Assembly: GCA_000091205.1 (NCBI GenBank)
Contig: AP006489.2
Origin: Cyanidioschyzon merolae
Lineage: Eukaryota
Length of the DNA: 64,000 nucleotides
Strand: one strand, 5' to 3'
Shown: piece after piece, positions 56,567-64,000 of the stretch
Layout: each line of letters opens with the position of its first letter
Position numbering within the stretch: the stretch's first letter is position 1
The notes under the pieces: model-generated
The model's database searches: none
What the model was told of the DNA's origin: nothing
The model's input: only the letters and a program-made list of their open reading frames with translations
Position numbers and translations under genes: made by a program

Positions 56567-59500
56567 ATGTCGTTGCATAAATCGGACTCGAACCAGTTGC
56601 TGGTCAGTCTGGTAGTGGAGCACGCGAAACGGGCGACACCACCTCCCGAGGAGAGTGGAATTCTCTTCGACGAGAAGGGTTCGCAAATAAGCGAGCACCA
56701 TGCTGCACCCGCATTGGAAGGAAGCTCTGCAACGTGGCCTTTTGTGCCCGCAAGGCCTAGAGAAGTTTCGTCGGGAAGCGATAATGCTTGTGAAAACGGC
56801 CGCGCTCTCAGAAGATTGCACCGGACGCCTTCACCGGAAGTAACTGGCTCTGGTTCACCGACTAGTCACGCCAACGTAGTCGGAACCTGTTTCGTCACCG
56901 GGTTTGTGGTGGAAAAAGACGACTCTGGAACGGACGTAACCGGATGCGGAGAGTCACGTGCGTCCGAGAAAACATCAGGTCGTCCTTTTCGTCGTGAGGT
57001 TACAGCTGCAGACTCCAGGCTGAACCTGAGCGGGGAGCACTTGGCCTGTGTGTCGCTTGAGCAGCTTCGCTCTCTACCTTCGCTAGCCGCGCTGAATGAA
57101 ATATCTCTTGCATCGAATAGTTTACGAAGTGTCGACTTGCGTCCACTTGCTTCCTGCCGCTCGCTGCAGGTCCTGTTACTGAACGATAACTTACTGGAAC
57201 GCATTGACTTGACGCCATTGGCAAGTTGCTCGCAGCTTGAACGACTCTGGCTGCATAGGAACAAGCTGAAACATATCGATCTGAGTCCGCTGGCCATAAG
57301 CGGAAGTGCGTTGAGGTCGCTGTACCTCAGCCGCAACGAACTGCAGGAGATCAGTCTTGCTCCTCTTGAAAAGTGCTCGAAGCTTCGCGCTTTGCAGTTA
57401 GAGGGCAACCCAAACCTCAAAGAAATAGACGTCACCCCACTGTTTGCGTGTAGAGAGTTGAGCAGTTTCGAAGCCCCCCCTCAGGCTCGGCTTATAGTTC
57501 GTGAACTGGCCGCACTGGAAGTGCAGCGCCGCAGTTATCAACAAGATTGCAACTCACTGGCCAATGTAGAGTCCAGTGAGAGCGCTCGCACCGCTGCGAT
57601 CATGCCGAGCAAACTTGTGTTACCAAAGGTATTCCGCCGCAGAGGTATTGTCTTACACTGGATCAGAGAGGCATTGCCTGACGCGAACTTGAGGGATTTA
57701 ACTGGGCAACGATCTTTGAAAGAGAACAGTGTGAATGCGGAGCTGCAGGATGCCGAACGCGGCGAGGGAATTCAGACGAACGCTTCTATGAATATAATTG
57801 CACCTGCATCCGAGGAAGCACTCTCGTCCGTGGCCGAGTTGCAAACGGGCCCCACGGCATCGAGGAACTTGGAGTCAGTGCAAGAGGACAAAACGCCTCT
57901 TTGCGCTCTGATTGTCGGGATGACCACGCATCGCCGAATATCAACTTGTCGGTTACTTGAGCAGTCGGGGACGTTGAGGGTCCTCCAATCTCCTTCAGCC
58001 GCAGCTGCACTGGATGCTTACATCAGCGCACCAGACGGGATTGACTTGATTCTGATGGAACCTGCTGAATATGAGGTCTTTTCCGAACAAGCGCAGGCAG
58101 CCTCCATTGAGATCAGCGTGCCGGTGGTGGCGGTTGGTCCTCCGGAGTTTGAACGCTCTGGCGTTTTTCGGCGGTGTATTGCCATAGGTGCAAGGGGTTT
58201 CATATCTTTTCCGTTGGATAATCGTGATGCACAGGCCTTGACGGAGGTTGCCCGCAGCTTTCGCGCATCTCGCCAAACTTCTGCTTCGCAGGTTTTGAAG
58301 GAATCCAGTGTATCCGAGTTGCTTTTGCCTACACAAGAGGTTCGAGCGGATTCGACAAGTGTTAGCCGCGATCTCTCGCCGATGAGCATGACGAACGGAA
58401 GCGATGCATCCAAGTATGGGGCAGGTATAGAGCCTGACTCCAAATGGGTCCCGTCCTGGTGGCAAAACTCCGATTCCATTCGCAAGGAAGGAAACTCCAG
58501 TCCGGCAGCCGTTTCCGACCGGATGGACACGTTTCTTTCGAAATCGGAAGGTGTCGAGGATATAGCAGAGGAGTCTTCTACGTACCGTTTTATCCAGCGC
58601 GCTGGAATTGGACACCTCCGCTCGGGGAGTCCTATATGCCGCAGTGGTTCCGAGAGCTCGCAATTTGCTTGTGAAAGAGCTGAATGGGCCAGAGTTGAGG
58701 CTATTTTCGCGCATCGAGATAAGCGACCGAGTCGAGAGCCTTGCTTCCAACTGCAGTTCATGCAACATTGCTCGAATCCTGCCACGCTTTTGATACCGAC
58801 CGATGGTTACCATTCTGCTGGCCTGGAGAGATTTGCTGATATCGCAGCAGTCTGTCGACTACCAAAAACCAGTGCTACTGTGCTGTTTCTACGTGTGCTT
58901 TCCCACCAGGATAAGCTCGCTAACAGCGGTACAAGCTCGATATCCAATGCTTTAACGCGATCAGCGAGCGAGTCGGTGTCTTCGAATTGCTGGTTGCGAA
59001 ACATCCATGTAGATGCCTTTTATCACTTTTACCGTTGCAAGCTCGCACCGATCCGATCACCGCTTGAGCGCTTCTATAATGTAATTGCATCTTCATGGCC
59101 TGGAAGTGACATACACGATTCATCTTCGTCCCTGTATGCGGAAGGAAAAATACGCAGACTGAAAGAATCCAGGGCAAGGTACGTTTCGAGATACACAATA
59201 ACCCTTTTGATTCAGGAGCTGGTTTATCGGAAGCTTTGTGTCGGGAGAAACGCTTCTGGCGTTGCAGTCCCGTATCATGCAGCGAAAGCAAATCAGGGAC
59301 AGATGAGATCTGCCCGGTATTCGTATCAGGGGAAGAGCTTTCTGTCTTCGTCAATCAATCAGAGCGGAAGCGCATCAGCGATGGAGTCCGCACACTTCTC
59401 CAGCAAGAACGGAGAAGCTGCGAGGAATGCTTTCCTTGCCTTTCGGGATGAGGTTTGTGAGGTTCTCCTTACCGCCTCCGTCGCAAGTGCATGTGTCTGG

Positions 59501-60556
59501 TTTCATCTAGGTGGCGGAAATCGAAACTATGTTCCGCTATCGATTCTGCGAAAGGTGCGCTTTGCTGAGGCAATCTTCGCGGCTGAACGCGGCATCATTG
59601 TGGATAGTTTGATGGAAATGCTTACCGGGAATGGCATCGCGCTGGTTGCCCAGAAGGAGCTCGAGACCGTCTGGAACTATAACGCACGCACTGGGACTGC
59701 AACATCGGAGCAACTAGCGTCGCGAGATGCTCCGAGCTTTGAATGCTCGATTCCTTCTGTCTCTGGATTGTCTTCCTCGTTCCCAGAACAGCAAAGCGAC
59801 GGCGCTGTCACGCAGGCGCCTTCAGGGGCTACCGAGTCCAGGGAGCAGATAGCGGGTGCAATACGTTCTTCATTTCTTCCGGACACATTTGAGTTTTCGA
59901 AATGGTGCAGAAAATTCTGTATTTCGCGAGAGGCTGCCGTATCCTACTTCCTGGATCGGGGTTCGCTCGTTCCCAAGGCAGTAGAGCAAGTGTTGAATCG
60001 TTTCCGTGGATTATCGCTCGTACAGAAACCCGCGTCCAGTGAGCACAGCGCTGCAACGCCTCAGCTCCAGGACGAGAAGACGGTTCCCGAGGATCAGAAT
60101 CTGGCACCGTTCAGCAAGTTAGGAAACGCTTCCGTAGGTGACTCTCTCAGTCCGTCGGCTTTCGTGCACCTCTTCCTGGCGTTGTGTGATCCTGGCAACG
60201 AGAAAGCACTGCACATCTTTTTTGATATTATGGATCTCGACATGGATGGGTTTATCTCAGCGGCAGATGTTGCGTACTTTTATCGAGAAAAATGCGAGAT
60301 CGCGTTTCGAGAGGGCCTAGTGCTCGCGTCTGCAAATAATCTATGGGCGCAGTTGGTAGATATGTGCAGAACGTCGGCAAATGATCCCAAACTTGAATCC
60401 AAGGGCATTACACTGAAAATGCTTCGGGATATCGGAGAGAGGCGTCGCTCCAGTTTCATTCGCAATGTGCTTTTCAAGGACGATGGCATGGCACTGGTAG
60501 ATATTCAACAGACTTTGCGGTTGGAAAACAGTCTCGCGCTCCTGAGCCAACCGTAG
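56567..60556 (+). CDS. large leucine-rich-repeat protein with a C-terminal EF-hand-like motif
   Basis: Tandem LRRs (LxxLxLxxNxL: LRSVDLRPLASCRSLQVLLLNDNLLERIDLTPL...). EF-hand-like loop DIMDLDMDGFISAADVAYFY near the C-terminus. The ORF is open from 56501, so the start at ATG 56567 (MSLHKSD) is inferred. Confidence 0.65.
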   Translation: MSLHKSDSNQLLVSLVVEHAKRATPPPEESGILFDEKGSQISEHHAAPALEGSSATWPFVPARPREVSSGSDNACENGRALRRLHRTPSPEVTGSGSPTSHANVVGTCFVTGFVVEKDDSGTDVTGCGESRASEKTSGRPFRREVTAADSRLNLSGEHLACVSLEQLRSLPSLAALNEISLASNSLRSVDLRPLASCRSLQVLLLNDNLLERIDLTPLASCSQLERLWLHRNKLKHIDLSPLAISGSALRSLYLSRNELQEISLAPLEKCSKLRALQLEGNPNLKEIDVTPLFACRELSSFEAPPQARLIVRELAALEVQRRSYQQDCNSLANVESSESARTAAIMPSKLVLPKVFRRRGIVLHWIREALPDANLRDLTGQRSLKENSVNAELQDAERGEGIQTNASMNIIAPASEEALSSVAELQTGPTASRNLESVQEDKTPLCALIVGMTTHRRISTCRLLEQSGTLRVLQSPSAAAALDAYISAPDGIDLILMEPAEYEVFSEQAQAASIEISVPVVAVGPPEFERSGVFRRCIAIGARGFISFPLDNRDAQALTEVARSFRASRQTSASQVLKESSVSELLLPTQEVRADSTSVSRDLSPMSMTNGSDASKYGAGIEPDSKWVPSWWQNSDSIRKEGNSSPAAVSDRMDTFLSKSEGVEDIAEESSTYRFIQRAGIGHLRSGSPICRSGSESSQFACERAEWARVEAIFAHRDKRPSREPCFQLQFMQHCSNPATLLIPTDGYHSAGLERFADIAAVCRLPKTSATVLFLRVLSHQDKLANSGTSSISNALTRSASESVSSNCWLRNIHVDAFYHFYRCKLAPIRSPLERFYNVIASSWPGSDIHDSSSSLYAEGKIRRLKESRARYVSRYTITLLIQELVYRKLCVGRNASGVAVPYHAAKANQGQMRSARYSYQGKSFLSSSINQSGSASAMESAHFSSKNGEAARNAFLAFRDEVCEVLLTASVASACVWFHLGGGNRNYVPLSILRKVRFAEAIFAAERGIIVDSLMEMLTGNGIALVAQKELETVWNYNARTGTATSEQLASRDAPSFECSIPSVSGLSSSFPEQQSDGAVTQAPSGATESREQIAGAIRSSFLPDTFEFSKWCRKFCISREAAVSYFLDRGSLVPKAVEQVLNRFRGLSLVQKPASSEHSAATPQLQDEKTVPEDQNLAPFSKLGNASVGDSLSPSAFVHLFLALCDPGNEKALHIFFDIMDLDMDGFISAADVAYFYREKCEIAFREGLVLASANNLWAQLVDMCRTSANDPKLESKGITLKMLRDIGERRRSSFIRNVLFKDDGMALVDIQQTLRLENSLALLSQP

Positions 60557-63500
60557 GTAGATGAACGACGAGTGCGTCAGGTTGACTTCAGGGTTTGACA
60601 ATCTTGTACTGTCGCATTGGAACGACTGCGTTCTCCTGGTGCTGGACAATGGAACTCAGCTGTACATGAAGGACACCGCATATTTCGTAATCGCGCTCGC
60701 ATCGAGCTCGCTGCAGTTGCATGCTCTTTTCGGACGATTAACGGCCATGCACGGCTGCGAACATGATTATGCAGTTCGCGTCGGCGTCGCTTCTAGAGGT
60801 GTACGCCCAAAGATCCGTTCCAGTGCGCAGAAATCTCTTATGTCTGCTCTGAGCGAAGCTCGCATCGGCACTTACGGAGCTGCTTCTGTTCCCAAAGAGA
60901 CCAAATGGAAGTCTCAAGCATTTCCGCAGGCGGACACCAATAGTGCTTCCGTAGCTGAACGAGCTATCGCCCGCGCAAGTGCACCTTGCAAATGGATGGC
61001 GCGCTCCTGTGAACGCACTGGAGCCGGCTTGACACCCATGCCAGAATAGCGTGGAATGTGTCCACTTTGCAAAACTCGGACGTACACGCTGCACCCATGT
61101 CAGAATAACATGGAGCAGCTCCTCCAATACGGGCGCACGCGCCTCAAGTGGGTCCATTCCCATTGTCATGAACACCAGCCTCGCGTCCTTGTTCTCCAAC
61201 TGTTTCTTTTTCTCTCTCTTATCTCGGGCTGTAAATATGCTAGTCTCACGTTCATTCAAGCTACATTGTGACCTTGCTAAGGATTATGATGGGTGCATAA
61301 ATGCTCCGATTTCGTGATTGCCGTCTGATTTCAACGCATTTCATGCATCGATGGAAGTTGAGATCTAGGCATCGCTTGCAATATTCATCTCCTCTGTATA
61401 CAGCCTAGGTGCGCATTTCGCAACAATGACAGTTGGATGAGATGAGGTGTCCCCATATGTCCATCACGCCTGCCTCTTCTCCGCAGGCCGATCCAAGCCG
61501 TATGAACACGTGCTTGATCACTGAATACATGCTCTTGACGAACACAGAAGGCTTCCCACGAGCTCACCTCCATGTCGACGCCCCGTGCCGTAAAATATGA
61601 ATATGGGCTTCTTCTGGGCGGTCACCCCAGCGAGTACTCTGGATGCTGCATATGCAACGGTAAGCAATTCGATTTGATGAATGATTTGGAGAACGCGATG
61701 CGGTCCATGATGAAACACGCAGTCTACGAAAAATCTGGACTGGAGATCAACTCGAGGAATCTGGAGCCGGCTACGCTCCCTACTTGGAAGCTGGGGACAC
61801 ACTCTCTACTGGCAGCAATCGCTGCATTGGCTAAAGTCTGAAACCAAGGCCTCTTGCTTACGAAATAAACCGGACGGGAGCCCCTGGGCACATGTCGTGT
61901 AAGCGGTGCCATGCTGTTGCCGAATGCCGTATCGTCGAGAGCCACAAATGTGAGAAGATTCATCCTTCGACCGGAACTGGTTCTTTGACGTGGAAAGTTC
62001 AGTGATCATTCGGCATGAGCCTGTGATCAGATCTTTAGGAGACGGCGTCGAGTTTTTCCCCAGCACTCCAGCGGACGAATCACCGCGCCTACGAGTTCGC
62101 GTGAAACAGAAAGATCGAAAACTTGAGGAATTCGTGATTGGAACACGTTGCACGTTGGAAAACGAGAAGATTGGAGGCTTGTACGTGTGAACTGGATGTC
62201 GGTATCGCGTATTTTTTGGAACTCTAGTTTGAGGACGTCGCAAATCTCCCTTACGATGAATACGTCAGGAATTACAGGAGCAGAGCGTCGAAGGAGCCAC
62301 GTCCAAAACGCAACCGAGACTCGTACAACTGCGCATGAATCCATAAGCTCTCATTGCTGCACTTCGGATGCCTAGGCTGTCTAGCCAAAAAGCTTTCGAA
62401 AAAATTCGCAACGCGGGAACAGAGCGAGCAACTTAGTGTTCATTTTACTCTAAGACGTGTCTAGGCAGCAACATGGGGCATCGAGTGATGCGGTACACAG
62501 TACTGGCGCTCGCCTCAACGCACTCGAGTATAATCGATGCTCACTAGGAATTGCCAGTCCCCAGTTACAGGGACGGGATTGCTGAACCACCAACGCATTC
62601 GCATTTGCTGTGTCCAGGCTGGCAACGAGTTCAGAGCCGCGCCCCTCATGAGCAGCCGCCTCTGGGGCTCGTGTCAGACATTGACGGGCCGCTGCTGACA
62701 TAGGAAACCGTTCTGGAGCCCGACGCTGTCGTGCGCGAGCACCTAGCCACCCTGGCGGCTGTGATGCGCAACTGCTAACTCCTGCAAGAAAGATTCCACG
62801 AACTGGACGTGTCAGATGAGCCAATGAGCCGAGCGCCCCCGCTGTTGCAGGTGTCGAGCGAAGACCTGCGTTGGAAGGCGGCAGCGCTTTTCTAAACGAC
62901 CACAAAGGAGGCGCTCGAAGCTGAGGCTATGTCCTAGTCGCCGAGTTCCGCCAGCGCTGCGTTCATCGCAGTGTGGTAACCTATGCCACAAGCCAGGGCA
63001 GAAAGCGGTAGTGGAAGCCTTTACGCTTACTGTGCGACTTCTGGAAGTCGCTTGACCCCTTGACTTCGACATCTCCAAGTTACACAGGCTTAGAGCTGGC
63101 GAAAAGTGGAGCTGTTTGCGAAGGAACTAGTGTATATTTCCTGGGTTTCTATAACAATCGCACATTAAAAGGAGTCTGCTGCGATTAATCGATCGTGTAC
63201 AAGACAGAGCCACAACGCTGCCTTTCGAGAAACAGCACCTCATCCGTTTCGCACTCGGGAGGCTCGTCCAAATTTTTGCTCCAAATTTTTTCTTGGTTCC
63301 CTGTGAGACGCTTTGGACGAGTCGTGGTCTGTTTCCTTCTAAATGTCGCGTTTAGGGCCACTATATTATGCACTTGTATTTTTCATGGTCTTAGCTTACT
63401 TGAGCTTGCCTCTTGGAAAGGTCAGCTGTTCGGGGCTGGGCACTGATCCACAGGCAAACGACCCGGAGCAGCAACCCTGGCACGTGCACCCTACCTCTTT

Positions 63501-63589
63501 GGCGGATGTCGGCCAGTTGCAGTACTCGAGAAGTCTGCACAAACGTCGTTCTATTTCAGAGCCCGAGGCAAATGGTGATTCCAGAAATA

Positions 63590-64000
63590 TGAGTGACTTT
63601 GTGCGGACTGCCACAGAACCCCCCCGTAACCGCTCGTTGCCGCTTTTCGTCTTCGTGGCCGGGGTCGAGGGCTCTGGACACCATGCCTTGGGCATCGCTC
63701 TGGAGCGGTGCTTTGACGTTTCGTTCTCGTTTGCTCCTGAAGTGTGGGTTGCTCAGTATTACAGCTTCACGCCGTACGTGTGGACGAGGGCGAGCGATTT
63801 TTACGAGCGGCTAGCTGCGAATAGCTATGGAGCGTCCGTTATTGGAGCACGAGCCGTGTTGGACTATCAACACTCATTTCCGTTCGGTTGGTTCCGATCG
63901 ACACTTTTTCATCCGGATCTTAACATTCTCAGGGAGCTTGATGGCGAATACTTAGATCTTCGTGTCATATTTTTGCATCGGGATCCAACAGATACGGTCA
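63590..64000 (+). CDS. hypothetical protein, 5' partial at window end (possible nucleotide-binding or sulfotransferase-like fold)
   Basis: ATG at 63590, frame open to the window end. Motifs FVFVAGVEGSGHHALG and FLHRDPTDTV. The assignment is weak. Confidence 0.3.

Noticed and set aside
1-64000. Prokaryotic interpretation (operons, bacterial IS605 with tnpA, Shine-Dalgarno-led genes)
   Set aside because: The neighbouring genes are unmistakably eukaryotic (NDC80, ERCC1, SP-RING ligase, ANTH, RPS20, LSm4). No tnpA-like Y1 transposase ORF accompanies the TnpB-like copies.

Overview
This window is eukaryotic nuclear DNA: gene-dense, intron-poor, about 52% GC, with long uninterrupted ORFs that encode recognisable housekeeping proteins. 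The ORF track accepts non-ATG starts (for example 48760 begins with GTG), so some gene starts were re-placed by homology.

Confident genes, in order:
- DNA topoisomerase III, 803-3157 (+)
- ribosomal protein S20/uS10, 3909-4376 (-)
- GDT1/TMEM165-family transporter, 5667-6407 (+)
- REI1/ZNF622-like C2H2 zinc-finger protein, 10168-11724 (-)
- LSm4-like Sm protein, 12293-12586 (+)
- mitochondrial ribosomal protein bS16, 13563-13931 (-)
- SP-RING (PIAS/Siz-type) SUMO ligase, 15387-17789 (-)
- COX11, 17975-19036 (+)
- class-Ib aspartate/prephenate-type aminotransferase, 20262-21716 (+)
- mitochondrial carrier (SLC25), 21870-22799 (-)
- ANTH/AP180-like clathrin assembly protein, 34619-35902 (+)
- ABC1/ADCK-family kinase, 38481-40955 (+)
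- an unknown conserved protein, 41021-42553 (-)
- NDC80/HEC1 kinetochore protein, 43719-45821 (-)
- ERCC1, 46872-47981 (-)
- a large leucine-rich-repeat protein with an EF-hand-like motif, 56567-60556 (+)

Two things are not ordinary.

1. A multi-copy protein family carries the TnpB/Fanzor RuvC-III signature (NRDxNAAxNI) at its C-terminus. Copy A lies at 1-700 (+). Copies B and C form a 2.2-kb near-perfect palindrome at 54333-56513 around a 225-bp loop with 2x46-bp tandem repeats. Copy D at 48479-48978 (+) is diverged, probably spliced, and has the canonical NRDLNAAINI. A and C differ mostly at synonymous sites, which implies selection on the protein. The copies sit just upstream of, and co-oriented with, host genes.

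2. A 9.4-kb structure at 23721-33112 consists of two 3261-bp inverted-repeat arms that are identical everywhere sampled, around a 2870-bp spacer. The spacer holds a third 203-bp copy of an arm segment, a smaller diverged inverted repeat, and a unique 353-aa ORF.

No tRNA, rRNA or CRISPR features could be supported.
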